A stretch of 44,044 nt of DNA from a virus (Duplodnaviria > Heunggongvirae > Uroviricota > Caudoviricetes): the IMG/VR virus record IMGVR_UViG_2718218453_000006. One strand, given 5' to 3'. Position 1 is the stretch's first letter, and each line of letters begins with the position of its first letter. The notes below the pieces were generated by a model. That model searched no databases. It saw only the letters and a program-made list of their open reading frames with translations, and had not been told where the DNA came from. Both the position numbers and the translations under genes were made by a program. Below, in pieces: positions 9,459 to 20,243 of the stretch.

Positions 9459-10360
9459 ACCCCATCAGCACCTTTCCCGCCCGTCATACTGGTTCCGCTA
9501 TAACCTGCATCGTATGCACCACCTCCGCCTGAACCAAATGCCCTGCCTCTAACGCCACCGCCAGCGCCTGCACGTCCACCGCCTCCCCAGTACGATGCAC
9601 CGCCTTCACCGCTGACGCTGATATTCCCGGACTGACCGTCGCCTCCATCTCCACCAGTGATGCGGATATCGCCAATATTCGGTACGCCTCCGTTACCGCC
9701 GTTTGTGTTTGTGACTCCTACTTTTCCGCCGCCTTCACCACCAGGGGCTATTACCGATCCGAACGAGCTATCACCGCCCTTGAGGCCGTTCGTCGCACCA
9801 ACGCCGCCGGCCCCACCTGCGCCGATAGTGACAGGATAACTATTCTGTGTCGGGGTCAGTATGGTGATTACTGTCCCTCCGGCCCCACCGCCAGCACCGA
9901 AAAACGTTTCGTTACTGGATATAGCCTGGCAGCCACCCCCTCCGCCACCGCCGCCCGTTATTGTGACCCTGATCCGTTTTGTTTCTGGTGATGGGGTATA
10001 CGTACCTGATGACGCGAAAGCCCGGGTACTCAGCCGGCGTCCCACGTATCCGCTTGTATCTCCCAAACCAAGGTTTTGAAGAGCCGTTTTCACCGTGCCG
10101 TCCGATTTGATATCGCCAAACGGATTTTTGCGACTTAACAGCAGCGCACGAAGCGCGGTAAGCAGCTGGTCATGCCGCCCCTTCTCCAGGCTGGCACCGG
10201 ATGCCTCCACCACGCTGCAGAGCTCCTCCTGCAACATGTCAAAGTAGTCATCATCCAGATCGGTGGCAGGCGTGCCGGTCTGGGGGTTACCACGGGTAAA
10301 ACCGTTCTTACCCGCGCCGAACTTATCCTTCTGCGCGGTTTTCGTGTCTATACGATGCAT
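9434..10360 (-). CDS. tail fibre protein (glycine-rich, Mu S-like), currently expressed orientation
   Basis: 308-aa ORF with poly-Gly tracts; constant N-terminus (10085-10360) joined to a variable part inside the invertible segment. Confidence 0.8.
   Translation of the reverse strand: MHRIDTKTAQKDKFGAGKNGFTRGNPQTGTPATDLDDDYFDMLQEELCSVVEASGASLEKGRHDQLLTALRALLLSRKNPFGDIKSDGTVKTALQNLGLGDTSGYVGRRLSTRAFASSGTYTPSPETKRIRVTITGGGGGGGGCQAISSNETFFGAGGGAGGTVITILTPTQNSYPVTIGAGGAGGVGATNGLKGGDSSFGSVIAPGGEGGGKVGVTNTNGGNGGVPNIGDIRITGGDGGDGQSGNISVSGEGGASYWGGGGRAGAGGGVRGRAFGSGGGGAYDAGYSGTSMTGGKGADGVCIIEEFA
10058..10083. repeat. gix/hix-like recombination site inside the tail-fibre gene (second arm of the inverted repeat)
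   Basis: Minus-strand ctcttcaaaaccttggtttgggagat; matches hix/gix-type TTC..AAAACC..GGTTT core. Confidence 0.6.
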
Positions 10361-10363
10361 GGA

Positions 10364-10948
10364 TTACTCCGGATATTTAAAAATTACGTAGGTATGCGAC
10401 GGGCAGAGTTTGTTAAGCACGCACTCGATAACGGTGTCCCCCCAGATACGCAGTGCGGAATCGCAGGGATCGCCACATGTCATCCAGGTGGTGTTGGTGG
10501 CAGCTGGCATATTGACCTGCCAGTAATACCGCCATTCCGGCGCATTCACCGCGTCAGTACAGGCCGATGAGCAGGTGAACGTGCTTTTGTCGTATCGCGT
10601 GATGGTGGCATCTGGTCTGCCCAGGGCAGCAAGCTGCGCAAGGTAAAAATCCTCATTGATGCCACCCGCCAGGTTAACCTTCGCATCCAGCCGTTGCTGA
10701 CGCTGGCGAAGGGTCTGCGTCCCTGCCGGAATACATTCATCCGGCAGGCCGCACAGACGCTCCCAGCGGTTTATCAGTTCGGTGGTGGTGCGCGGATCCA
10801 GCTCCCGCATCAGGGCATCCGCACGCTGATGAGCACGGGTTAATGACGGTGCCGCACCGGCAATCGCCGGATCGCTGGCTGACCACGCCGGACCGGGGGG
10901 CAACAGTGCCGACAACAGACGGATGTAATCATCGTTTGTCACGTCCAT
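10364..10948 (-). CDS. Mu gp48-like tail/baseplate protein (DUF2313/YmfQ-like)
   Basis: 194-aa ORF in the conserved position between baseplate J and the tail fibre. Confidence 0.65.
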   Translation of the reverse strand: MDVTNDDYIRLLSALLPPGPAWSASDPAIAGAAPSLTRAHQRADALMRELDPRTTTELINRWERLCGLPDECIPAGTQTLRQRQQRLDAKVNLAGGINEDFYLAQLAALGRPDATITRYDKSTFTCSSACTDAVNAPEWRYYWQVNMPAATNTTWMTCGDPCDSALRIWGDTVIECVLNKLCPSHTYVIFKYPE

Positions 10949-11997
10949 GAAATCGTCCCCAGTACCGCCAGTTCATTTTTTGCAATGGAGATATTGTCTG
11001 CCGGTGCAAGCAACTGATGGCTGTATTCCCCGTTCGCACCGGAAATCGCCTCACTGATACGCGATACCTTCAGTTCTCCCTGCGGATAACCATCACGCAG
11101 AAGAAACGAACGCAACTCCGCGGTGATGGCGGCTCGTATTTCTGGTGTGTCCGGCGTCACGCGGATATGAAAATCCACTTTGTGCGCCACCGGCCTGAAT
11201 ACATACAAATCAGAGCCTGCCACCGGGGCCAGTGGCACGATATGTTGTCTTGCTGCCGTTTCCGTTGATTCTTCCGGAATGGGATTAATCAGGTCACTGC
11301 TGGCAATCATCACACCGACAGTTCCCGTTCCCATCCAGTGACGGTATGTCCATGCGCGGGTAATGCCGGGCACTTCTTTAGCCCAGACGACATAGTCCCC
11401 GTCAGCCCCGCCCTGAGGCGTCCAGTAATACCGCTCAATGACGCGGGCGCGCCACGTTTCCAGCTCTTCAGTATCAAATCCGCCTGTAAGGGTGTCAGCC
11501 ACACCGGAAGACGGCAGACCATTCACCGGCGTGACCAGGATTAATGCCGTACCGTCGTCAGCGTTACCGACCGCACCTGCACTTGAGCAGGCGATCGGCA
11601 CGCGCAGGACACCACCGGAGCTGGTTGCATCGGCAGTTGCCGTGTACTGAACCAGGTCATCGCGCTGAATAACACTCCCGGCGGTCACCTTCAGGCCATC
11701 GCTGACACCTTCCCAGCGCATATACCCGCTGGCAGCCGTGGCCCCCTTGCGCGGACACCGTTTCATCGCAGCATGTCGCGCCAGCCAGGACTCATCGCAC
11801 AGGTCAGGCAGCATGTTCATTGCCAGATAATCGATGTAACCGTAAACCGTATGCAGCGCCGCCGCATACACCTTTGCCCGCACGTCTTCATCCATGCGCC
11901 GGAGCGTGTCGCTGACGTCCAGCCTGGTGAATAAATCGTTACGGAGCATACTGATATTTTCTGCCAGCGTCGGGCGCTGAAATTCACTGTCCGCCAT
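10939..11997 (-). CDS. baseplate J-like protein (Mu gp47 family)
   Basis: 352-aa ORF, position and size in a Mu-type baseplate cluster. Confidence 0.75.
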   Translation of the reverse strand: MADSEFQRPTLAENISMLRNDLFTRLDVSDTLRRMDEDVRAKVYAAALHTVYGYIDYLAMNMLPDLCDESWLARHAAMKRCPRKGATAASGYMRWEGVSDGLKVTAGSVIQRDDLVQYTATADATSSGGVLRVPIACSSAGAVGNADDGTALILVTPVNGLPSSGVADTLTGGFDTEELETWRARVIERYYWTPQGGADGDYVVWAKEVPGITRAWTYRHWMGTGTVGVMIASSDLINPIPEESTETAARQHIVPLAPVAGSDLYVFRPVAHKVDFHIRVTPDTPEIRAAITAELRSFLLRDGYPQGELKVSRISEAISGANGEYSHQLLAPADNISIAKNELAVLGTISWT

Positions 11998-12412
11998 GCG
12001 TTATCGCACTCCACAGATCATCAAAAGAAATCATTACCGGTCCGTCACGACGCCAGAGAGTGATACTGTTACCCAGTTCATTAATCCCGGTGCGGCGGAT
12101 ATCCAGATCAATACGGGACACCACGCCGTCATCAATCATCCATTGCAGGCATTCGCGGATATACCCCCTTACCGTCTGCACCAGCTGATTGGTCAGTTTG
12201 CTGCGCTGAAGCAGCCACAGTCGGGAGCCGTAACGGTCATTCTGTACCGCAGGCCAGGTATCCCCCCACCATCCCATCGGGACGTCGGCGTTGTCATCAG
12301 GCTCCGCCCGCCGCCAGGTAAACAGGGAAATCACCACGGCGCGGGTCAGCGGATCCAGTTCTGCGCTGGCGCAGGTGCGTTTACCGTTCACCGTCAGCCA
12401 CAGTTCCATCAT
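11984..12412 (-). CDS. Mu gp46-like baseplate protein
   Basis: 142-aa ORF between the spike and baseplate J genes. Confidence 0.65.
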   Translation of the reverse strand: MMELWLTVNGKRTCASAELDPLTRAVVISLFTWRRAEPDDNADVPMGWWGDTWPAVQNDRYGSRLWLLQRSKLTNQLVQTVRGYIRECLQWMIDDGVVSRIDLDIRRTGINELGNSITLWRRDGPVMISFDDLWSAITHGGQ

Positions 12413-12957
12413 GCCTCCATCGCTTTATCAGGTTTGTCGGTGTTACTGCCCTGACCGTTCTCTCTGTGACGATGCCCGTTATAGGCAAGCCGCATCGCTG
12501 ACATGGTGGTACCGCCGGAGTCGCACAGGTCTTTCACCTGTCCGGTCACTTCCAGGTCCATTTCAAAACGTGCTCTGGGCGCATTGCGAAACGTGATCGT
12601 TTTACCTGCACCGTCCACCACGATCCCCTCCCGGGTCAGCGTCACAGACTGCCCCTGATCGTCATAGACAGCCACCTCACCCGTCTGCAGCCCTTTCAGG
12701 CGGTAGCGCCGGTCCGACACCGTAACAACCACCGCATGAGAACGGTCGCCATCCGGAAACAACACCACCGCTTCCGCACCGCTGTTTGCCCTTGCGGTAA
12801 AACCGTAGGGTTCAAGATGTTCAACCCCGGCTTTGGGTTCACCGGCAATCAGGGACACATCCACGGTCTGACATTTCGTGGCGGCACTGATGCTTTTCAC
12901 CACTGCCCGCCCAATCAGGCCGAGAAGTTGTCGCTGCATGGCTTCAATCGTCCTCAT
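12409..12957 (-). CDS. baseplate assembly protein V / spike (Mu gp45-like)
   Basis: 182-aa ORF; gene order. Confidence 0.7.
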   Translation of the reverse strand: MRTIEAMQRQLLGLIGRAVVKSISAATKCQTVDVSLIAGEPKAGVEHLEPYGFTARANSGAEAVVLFPDGDRSHAVVVTVSDRRYRLKGLQTGEVAVYDDQGQSVTLTREGIVVDGAGKTITFRNAPRARFEMDLEVTGQVKDLCDSGGTTMSAMRLAYNGHRHRENGQGSNTDKPDKAMEA

Positions 12958-14036
12958 CAGAACGGGTCCTCCTGTACTCTGGCTTTTTTCTTTTTCCGCG
13001 CACCGGGATCTTCGGGTTCAGGCAGATAAGCATCAGGTGGGCCGACACGGATTTCCGTCAGGGTGCCGTTCTGGTCCTGAGTAAACGTGACTTCCGAAAC
13101 AAGCAGTTCGGTATTGTCGAAACCACAGACCGGATCAAAGACAATCACCCGCTGGTTGGGCTGCCACAGCGTACCGTTACCCTGTCGCCAGCCCTGCACC
13201 ACATAGGTGGTTTCATCCGTCCGCGCCGCCCGTTGTCGGGCTTCAAAGTCCGCACGGGCAATACAGCCTGCCCCCGTAGCCTGCCCTGTCTGCCTGATAT
13301 ACATCGGACGGTAACGGGCAATAAATGCGTCCTCTGTGCGGGCCCGCAGCGCGGTGGTGGTGGCCTCACCGAAATCATCGTCGTTTCCGGCACGCTGCCC
13401 CGCCACCTGGTAAACAGAAAATCGCTCCCGGATACTCTTCTCCGTATCGCAGGAAAGGATGTTTTCCCCGAGTACCAGCGCAGTATGTGCCCGCGTTGAG
13501 CCAATACCGCCAATCACCAGCCTGCCGTGCGGGTCGTCGTAAGCCAGTGCCTGCTGCTGACCGAGTATTTTGTTGATTACCTCAATCACCGTTTCACCGT
13601 GATCAGGCTGAACATCAGGAATAACACCCGACGGCGCACCGCTGTTCACCACCTCAATGCCGAAAGGCGCAGCAAGCGCCTGCGCAATCTGCACCAGCGA
13701 GCGTCCGTTAAACTGTGTCGGTTCGGCTGCACAGTCAATCAGGTCAGCCGTCAGACTACGTCCGGCAATACCGGTGCTGACCGAACGGGCATCGTAACGA
13801 ACGGGAGTCGCCTCCACCCAGCCGGTGATCACCAGCTCATCACCAATCAGCACTTCCACTTTTGAACCGTTTTTAATGCGCGGCTGAAGCGTGGTGATAC
13901 CCTCATCTCCCGGCCACTGGCGAGTGATCTCCACACTGAAATCCCGCGCCAGCCGTTCAATACCGGCACCGATGCGCACCGATGTCCAGCCATTCCACTC
14001 CCGGCCATTTACCCGTAGCGTGACATTGTCGTTCAT
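12957..14036 (-). CDS. baseplate hub / late control D-like tail protein (Mu gp44-like)
   Basis: 359-aa ORF after the DNA-circulation gene; gene order. Confidence 0.7.
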   Translation of the reverse strand: MNDNVTLRVNGREWNGWTSVRIGAGIERLARDFSVEITRQWPGDEGITTLQPRIKNGSKVEVLIGDELVITGWVEATPVRYDARSVSTGIAGRSLTADLIDCAAEPTQFNGRSLVQIAQALAAPFGIEVVNSGAPSGVIPDVQPDHGETVIEVINKILGQQQALAYDDPHGRLVIGGIGSTRAHTALVLGENILSCDTEKSIRERFSVYQVAGQRAGNDDDFGEATTTALRARTEDAFIARYRPMYIRQTGQATGAGCIARADFEARQRAARTDETTYVVQGWRQGNGTLWQPNQRVIVFDPVCGFDNTELLVSEVTFTQDQNGTLTEIRVGPPDAYLPEPEDPGARKKKKARVQEDPF

Positions 14037-15403
14037 TGCACTGGCACCTTCAGAGGGATCACCGGCACAAAGCCGGGATGCGTAATGGCATTACGCCGGA
14101 TAATGTCCGCGTCACGCGCCGCGTTATCAAACCAGGTCGCCGCCAGCACCAGCGCGGGTAAAACCTCATCCGGCGTGCGCTGAATGATCCGTGCAGACTG
14201 TTCAAGGCGCGTGTTGATATCCGCATTCAGATCTGCTTTCACCCGGCGCAGCGCCAGAAACAGCGCATCACTGGTTGTACGGGACAACTCCTTATCAATT
14301 GCCGTATTCAGTGTGTCGCGAATGTCGGTCAGTTCTTCCCACGTTGGCAGGTCAACCGTGTTTTTCACCGCCGGTGCATTGTTCAGTGCCGGATGCGTGA
14401 CAGAAGGCCAGCCGGTGCTCTGCGCGGGTGTTGTTGACTGCCCCACTGTGGCATTCTGCATCACCGCGGAAGTTGTGGGCGCAGGCAATCGTGTGACGGC
14501 ATACGCCGCTTCGCTGATTGCGGTCGTACGAAGGGTGCTGGCAACCACGTTACGCTGCTGCGTCGCCGTGGCGGTGGTTTTACTGTCCGTTTTCCAGACG
14601 CCGCGCGGTTGCAGATCGCTGCCGAGGCTGACACCGGAAAGCGTTTTGATCATGGTGACCAGGTCGCTGGCGTTACCATAAAGGCGTTTCCCGGTACGCC
14701 ACATTTTCTGCACCTGCTCAACGAAATTTTTTCCTGACGATGGCGGCGGCAGAAGTACCGAGATATCCCCCTGCAACAGCCTGGCGGCATCCGATACGGC
14801 AGAATCCACCACTTTCATCGCATCAGAAATATACCCAAGCATTGTGCTGGCATTACCGACGACGTCGTTCTGCACAAAATCTGCCACGCCATCGATACTG
14901 AAACCACTGAAGCTGTCACTGATGCAGTCATCCAGTGCAGAACAGGATGACATCAGCGTCTGCGCCGTCGCCGCACCTGAAGTGGGGTAAGAGAGTTCTC
15001 CCGCTTCGACAAACTTCAGGTCAAAGCGGACAATACGCCCTTCACTCTTCGATGTGCTGACCCGAACTTCCCCGTCAACACAGACTTTCAGCTCACCGTA
15101 AGTCGGATGGACAAGCGTGCCGGGACCGGGTTTATTCAGCGCGTCAATCAGGCGATCGCGCTGGTCAAAGCAGTCATCTCCCACCACATAAGCTGTGATG
15201 GACGGGCGGAAAGTGATTTTCCCCAGGTCTTCGGTATAGGGTTTGTCGCGGTTCGGGTATTCGTGCGTTTCCACACGACGACCGGTTCCCGCACTTTCTT
15301 CTTCAACCTTAAATGGCACACCGCGAAATGACGCGTCCTGAAGTCTGTCTTTCCACGTCATATAAACTCCGTACATAAAAAATCCCACCGGAGTGGGACT
15401 CAT
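14033..15403 (-). CDS. Mu gp43-like DNA circulation protein
   Basis: 456-aa ORF immediately after the tape-measure gene. Confidence 0.7.
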   Translation of the reverse strand: MSPTPVGFFMYGVYMTWKDRLQDASFRGVPFKVEEESAGTGRRVETHEYPNRDKPYTEDLGKITFRPSITAYVVGDDCFDQRDRLIDALNKPGPGTLVHPTYGELKVCVDGEVRVSTSKSEGRIVRFDLKFVEAGELSYPTSGAATAQTLMSSCSALDDCISDSFSGFSIDGVADFVQNDVVGNASTMLGYISDAMKVVDSAVSDAARLLQGDISVLLPPPSSGKNFVEQVQKMWRTGKRLYGNASDLVTMIKTLSGVSLGSDLQPRGVWKTDSKTTATATQQRNVVASTLRTTAISEAAYAVTRLPAPTTSAVMQNATVGQSTTPAQSTGWPSVTHPALNNAPAVKNTVDLPTWEELTDIRDTLNTAIDKELSRTTSDALFLALRRVKADLNADINTRLEQSARIIQRTPDEVLPALVLAATWFDNAARDADIIRRNAITHPGFVPVIPLKVPVQ

Positions 15404-15421
15404 TAACAGATTAATTTTTCA

Positions 15422-17257
15422 TTACCTGCCAAAGCGCGTATAGCCAACATCATGGCTGACATCAAAACCGCTGGATCGCGTTTCCATAACCCGCATACCC
15501 GGAGGCGAATTCACAAAAGAGACCTTGATCTCACCATCAACTTTTGGCGCAGAAGCTTTGTTAATCATGAAGGGATTCGGGCCTGTGGCATCGGAGGCGT
15601 TGTTTGACTGAGCCGGATCCACCGCCTGATAAGGTGTGTATCCCCGTGCCGGTATTCCCGTCCCATAAGCATCATAAGCACCCGCGCCCCACTGCGCAGA
15701 GTTAATGGCATCGACCGTGTCACCGGAACTGTCGGTAAACCACTCAATAATTGGCTTCAGCTTGTCCCACATATCCTGAAACCACTTAACAACCGGTCCC
15801 CAGTTATTGATTACCATCCCCAGCGGCGACCAGGCAAAAACCTTCTTCAGAAGTTCCCAGCCAGCCTCAAAATAAGGACCAATGGTTTCCCAGAGCTTCT
15901 TGAAATAAGGTCCGACAACATCCCAGTTAGTGATAATTAATCCCGCAGCCAGGGCTATCGCCGTCGCAATCATGCCAATCGGCGTCATCGACATGATCCT
16001 GCTGACAATACTGATGGCACCGCCAACGCCCATCAATCCCAGTTTCAGAATCGCAAGACCGGCAGCAAGCCCGACGACGCCGCGAATAACCCGGGGATTT
16101 TCATCCGCAAACTTCGTGAATTTTTCCCCTAACTCCCCCAGCCATTGCGTGATATTTTGGGCGTCACCAGAAAATGCGCCGCCAATAGCTGCAAGACCGT
16201 TAGTTGCGGTCCCCGTCATTGCCTCCCACAGGTTGGACAGCGTACCAAGCTGTGCCTGAACACGTTTATTCAGGCTGGCCTGTTTATTCATCTTCTGCTG
16301 GATCTGATCGTAACCATCCTTTCCTTTATCGATCAGAGCATTGACCACCTGAAGGGTTTCGGCATCATCACCAAATATTGCCTTAAGTACACCTGTTCGC
16401 TTAACGTCGGTCAGTTTTCGCAGCTTTGCCAGTTGCTTAAACATGTTATCAAGACCGCCAAAACTCCCTTTGCCATCAGTAAAATCGAGCTGCACTCCGA
16501 GTTTCTGGCGGGCCATGACTTTATTGACGTCCCTGATTTTCTTAACGCTTAATCCGGACTGGATAACTTTTCGCAGGGCATTACCTGCCGACTCCCCGTT
16601 CATCCCCATCTGATCCATCATGACGCTGATAGGGGCAAGGCTCTGTGCAGCCTGAAGTCCGTCCTTATTCACCATCTTCAGAACAGAACTGGTTTTAGTG
16701 AAGAAGGACAACATGTTGGTATCGTCAACGCCCAGATAAAACGCCTTCTGGATAGTGTCGAACAGCCCCATCATGTCTTCTGACGCCGTTCCGGTAGCAT
16801 CCTGCATCTTTGCAGCAAACTCAGCAGCCGCTTCCGGTGTTTTTTTCAGTTGTACCGCAAGATAAGCTGTCGCTTTACCCACACCACCAAGAATGTTTTC
16901 TGCCGGGATCCCCTGACGCACCAGCATCTGCATCATGTTCTGGAAATCAGCCGTTGTACCGGGTAGCTGGTTACCCAGGCCAATAGCCAGTTTATTGATG
17001 TCCTGAAAGCTCTTTCCAACCTCGCCGTTCGCATCCATCATGGCGACTTTCAGCCCGGTGGCGGCGTTTTCCTGATCGGCATAAGATTTCAGGGAAAGCG
17101 TCAGACCCGCTGCCAGTCCGCCACCAAGCGCCAGCCCACCCTGTGACGCTTCTTCCGCCTGGCGTTTAAATCCCCGGATTTTCTTTTGCATTTTCGACAG
17201 CGCGGGAGAAAGCCTGTCGACACCGGTGATCAACGCCTTAAGCTCAAATTCAGCCAT
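15422..17257 (-). CDS. tail tape measure protein
   Basis: 611-aa protein, Ala/Gly-rich helical with a hydrophobic central segment; follows the chaperone genes. Confidence 0.85.
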   Translation of the reverse strand: MAEFELKALITGVDRLSPALSKMQKKIRGFKRQAEEASQGGLALGGGLAAGLTLSLKSYADQENAATGLKVAMMDANGEVGKSFQDINKLAIGLGNQLPGTTADFQNMMQMLVRQGIPAENILGGVGKATAYLAVQLKKTPEAAAEFAAKMQDATGTASEDMMGLFDTIQKAFYLGVDDTNMLSFFTKTSSVLKMVNKDGLQAAQSLAPISVMMDQMGMNGESAGNALRKVIQSGLSVKKIRDVNKVMARQKLGVQLDFTDGKGSFGGLDNMFKQLAKLRKLTDVKRTGVLKAIFGDDAETLQVVNALIDKGKDGYDQIQQKMNKQASLNKRVQAQLGTLSNLWEAMTGTATNGLAAIGGAFSGDAQNITQWLGELGEKFTKFADENPRVIRGVVGLAAGLAILKLGLMGVGGAISIVSRIMSMTPIGMIATAIALAAGLIITNWDVVGPYFKKLWETIGPYFEAGWELLKKVFAWSPLGMVINNWGPVVKWFQDMWDKLKPIIEWFTDSSGDTVDAINSAQWGAGAYDAYGTGIPARGYTPYQAVDPAQSNNASDATGPNPFMINKASAPKVDGEIKVSFVNSPPGMRVMETRSSGFDVSHDVGYTRFGR

Positions 17258-17398
17258 GTGTGCGTTTCTCCTGCTCTATCCTGTTTGCCTGACTGACCAG
17301 CAAGGGAATTTCACTGATCGGCATATTCAGCAATTCGAAGGGATTAATGCGCCAGTAACTGGCGCAGTCAAAGAAGCGATCAGTGAGGTATTCAGCCG

Positions 17399-17668
17399 TC
17401 AGGCCTGGAGGAAAAAACCGGCCACAAGCCACGCCGCTGCATTCAGGTCTGCCGGAGACATCTGGTCGACAGAGCTTTGCGGCACTTTCGCCAGCCGCAC
17501 GATGTATTTCGATACCACATGCGCCAGAAGTCTGACGGACTCATCCTGATTCATCTGGTAGGGATATCCCAGCTCGCGGACATCTTTCCCGGTGGGCTCA
17601 TCAAACTCCAGTACGGAGAGTGTCTCGCCATGAGCGGTAATCGGTTTCTTTAACTCAAGCTCTTTCAT
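17399..17668 (-). CDS. tail assembly chaperone (G-like); probable -1 frameshift extension to 17250
   Basis: 89-aa ORF between tail tube and tape measure; overlapping -1 frame ORF 17250-17432; slippery T TTT TTC at 17411-17417. Confidence 0.65.
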   Translation of the reverse strand: MKELELKKPITAHGETLSVLEFDEPTGKDVRELGYPYQMNQDESVRLLAHVVSKYIVRLAKVPQSSVDQMSPADLNAAAWLVAGFFLQA

Positions 17669-18024
17669 TACTGGTAATCCCCTTCTTCACCGTGGAACTC
17701 AAGATCGACCGTGCCTTCTTCGGCATTATGGTTCGCTTCGCCGTGCAGCCAGGCAGACGACAGTACATAGACCTGACCGTTTGCCAGCTCGGCAGTGATG
17801 GTCATCTCATCAGACGAGGTGATTTTGCTCACCGGAAAATTCTTCGGCACCTTGAAGGTCCCTTTGACATAAGGCGCACGGTGAGTTTCCTTGCGGTCCA
17901 CTGAACCGTCCAGGCCGATGATGTCATCATTGACCGTCCTGTTCATGGGCACCTCAATGCCGCCGGTCAGCGATAGCTGCTGACCGTCAATTTTGAAATA
18001 ACAGGTTCCCCCGATACGGGCCAT
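17668..18024 (-). CDS. tail tube protein
   Basis: 118-aa ORF immediately downstream of the sheath gene. Confidence 0.75.
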   Translation of the reverse strand: MARIGGTCYFKIDGQQLSLTGGIEVPMNRTVNDDIIGLDGSVDRKETHRAPYVKGTFKVPKNFPVSKITSSDEMTITAELANGQVYVLSSAWLHGEANHNAEEGTVDLEFHGEEGDYQ

Positions 18025-19520
18025 TATGCAGACTCCTCTGAATACTGAAGACGGAACTGGTTAACCACGGCAAAGACACGCAACTGGTTAACATAGTCAG
18101 GCGGGAACAGCGTGTTCAGGCGGTTCGGATCGCTGGCATCACGCTCCACAACCAGGTACTGCTTAAACAGTTCGTAGTTTTCCACGATCCCCGCACGCTC
18201 AAGCTGACGGTAGGTTGCCAGCAGTTCCCCTTTGATCACCGCCGGGGTGACAATCGCCTGACCGGGACCAAAGCGGGTACCGTCACTGGCAAGCTTGTGA
18301 CGCCCGTACTTACTGGTAATGACGGATTTCAGTTTGCGCAGTACATACGCGCTGGTATGCAGTGTCTCACTGTCGAGGTAGCTGTTATCCGCAACCCCGT
18401 AAGCGTTTTTCCTGTACGTGGTGACATCACGCTGAATGCGCAGTACCCCGCTTTCGACATACGCCGTTGCCACGCCATGAGACAGCAGGGTCTGTTGTTC
18501 GGTCATCGTGAACCGTTTCCCCTTCGGCGCAGGCAGCATACCCACCAGCTCACCGGTCTGCGTGGGACGTGCCGGATCGTTGCGGATAAACACCGCTGCG
18601 CGGGCGGTACGGCTTGCCGCCAGCTCGTCGGCAGGCGTCTGGGTCTCTTTTTCGTATCCCGCCAGGGTAATGTGCTGCTGGTTAAACTGGTCACCTGCGG
18701 TCACCAGTTCTGACAGCGTGCCGATCTTTGCCGTATACACATGACCATACAGCTGACGCGCATAGCTCCAGCGACCGCTGGTATCGTTCATCTCGGTCAC
18801 CAGCGTGTTAACGGAGGCTGTGTCGTTGAACGGCAGGCCGATATAATCAAACGGCTCATCCGCCATTGCAGCCACCGCGCCGGTGAGAACAGGAGCGCCC
18901 GTTCCGGCGGTACCCGTCGCCACGGCAATCTGTACGCCCGCTGGCAGCACTTCGCCCCCACCAAAGCCGTAGTAATTGAGGCTGACAGGAATTTCATTCC
19001 CGCAAAGCCCCTTATGACGCGCGGTCAGTGTGACCACGCCTGCCGAAGATGAGGCAGTAAACGGCAGGGTCGGAACGGCATTGATGGCATCTTTGATACT
19101 GCTGGCAATCGTCGCGACGTTATCGCCGTTGGTCACCGGTGCCTGCACGCGGGTACGTCCCACATAAACATTCACCGTGCCGGTTTCGGTTGCCGCGCCG
19201 GTCACCGTCAGCGTAACTGTTGCCGCCGCGCCCGTGGATTCAGGAACGGCAATCACATACAGTTCACCAAACGGGTCGGTCTGGCGATAAGCCTCGACCA
19301 TACGCGCCAGCTGACTTCCCGCACCACAAATCTGGCGTGCATAGTCTGCCGATGGCATCAGCACCAGACTGTTGGCAACAATCTCTGCACCGTTATTGGC
19401 ATGACCAATCAGCAGCGATGCTCCGCTGTCCTGTGCAGTATTCGCCGCCGAGTTATCCATTTCCGCATAAAAAATCGGAACCAGCGTATTCGACGGAATG
19501 GTGTTAAAGCTTATCGTCAT
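18024..19520 (-). CDS. contractile tail sheath protein
   Basis: 498-aa ORF, sheath-like size and composition, first gene of the tail module. Confidence 0.85.
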   Translation of the reverse strand: MTISFNTIPSNTLVPIFYAEMDNSAANTAQDSGASLLIGHANNGAEIVANSLVLMPSADYARQICGAGSQLARMVEAYRQTDPFGELYVIAVPESTGAAATVTLTVTGAATETGTVNVYVGRTRVQAPVTNGDNVATIASSIKDAINAVPTLPFTASSSAGVVTLTARHKGLCGNEIPVSLNYYGFGGGEVLPAGVQIAVATGTAGTGAPVLTGAVAAMADEPFDYIGLPFNDTASVNTLVTEMNDTSGRWSYARQLYGHVYTAKIGTLSELVTAGDQFNQQHITLAGYEKETQTPADELAASRTARAAVFIRNDPARPTQTGELVGMLPAPKGKRFTMTEQQTLLSHGVATAYVESGVLRIQRDVTTYRKNAYGVADNSYLDSETLHTSAYVLRKLKSVITSKYGRHKLASDGTRFGPGQAIVTPAVIKGELLATYRQLERAGIVENYELFKQYLVVERDASDPNRLNTLFPPDYVNQLRVFAVVNQFRLQYSEESA

Positions 19521-19682
19521 CGGTATTCACCTTTTTATTCACGCGCCGGATATCACCCGCTGCTTCACGGCGCAGCCAGTAGTTGTTCTCATCAACATTT
19601 CGCCCCTCGGCGGGCAAAAGGTCGCCGCGGGCAGGGTCAGGAACTGACCGCCCTTTAACAGGTTTCACAAACATGAAGATTC

Positions 19683-20243
19683 TCAGGAAGGAAGGGTTAT
19701 TTCGGTGTGATGTTCGATATCGCCGTCAGGCCCGTTACCGGGATCGAGATAATCAACATCAATCGCCAGCGTTCGCAGTTCATCCAGACTGTTCAGGTCA
19801 TCCTGCTGGCGGGTATCGTCTTCGGTCAGCTCGCTGATGACCGAAAAATCGAACTGATAAATCAGCTCATGACGATTCAGATCCAGCAGCGTGCCGCCGT
19901 CATAAGTAATCGGGTTACCGCACGCTTCCGGGTTCCAGCCCAGAATGGCCTTAAAGAGCATCTGCCGGACATCGTCCACCACATCATACGAGGCAAACTG
20001 ACCGCGCTCATCACGCCCGTTACTCAGTATGACAACCACGGAGAAACCCTCTTTCAGCTCCTGCCAGTAGTCGGTCTGGCTTTTGTTTTCTCCCGGAGAG
20101 TCATCACCCGGTACCACATACGCCGCCGGGAGTCTCAGCTTTCCGACCTCCGGCAGATTTTTGAACTGTGCCGCGCCTGCCACCCGGTTTTCAAAATACG
20201 GGCAGCGGGCACGCAGCGCAGCAATAACAGGCGTCAGTTTCAT
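19683..20243 (-). CDS. phage tail completion / tail terminator-like protein
   Basis: 186-aa ORF between head-completion genes and the sheath. Confidence 0.45.
   Translation of the reverse strand: MKLTPVIAALRARCPYFENRVAGAAQFKNLPEVGKLRLPAAYVVPGDDSPGENKSQTDYWQELKEGFSVVVILSNGRDERGQFASYDVVDDVRQMLFKAILGWNPEACGNPITYDGGTLLDLNRHELIYQFDFSVISELTEDDTRQQDDLNSLDELRTLAIDVDYLDPGNGPDGDIEHHTEITLPS

Larger units (their letters stand above)
8290..10058. other. Invertible tail-fibre segment (G/P-segment-like): Sv + tfa on the minus strand, tfa' + Sv' on the plus strand
   Basis: Flanked by about 26-bp inverted repeats; two convergent tail-fibre-assembly genes and two alternative fibre C-terminal cassettes; both junctions encode N(L/V)GLG(D/E). 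Confidence 0.65.

Noticed and set aside
9480-10080. Repetitive GGC/GGT-rich DNA that could be taken for a simple repeat or CRISPR-like array
   Set aside because: It is the in-frame glycine-rich coding region of the tail-fibre protein; no regularly spaced direct repeats with unique spacers
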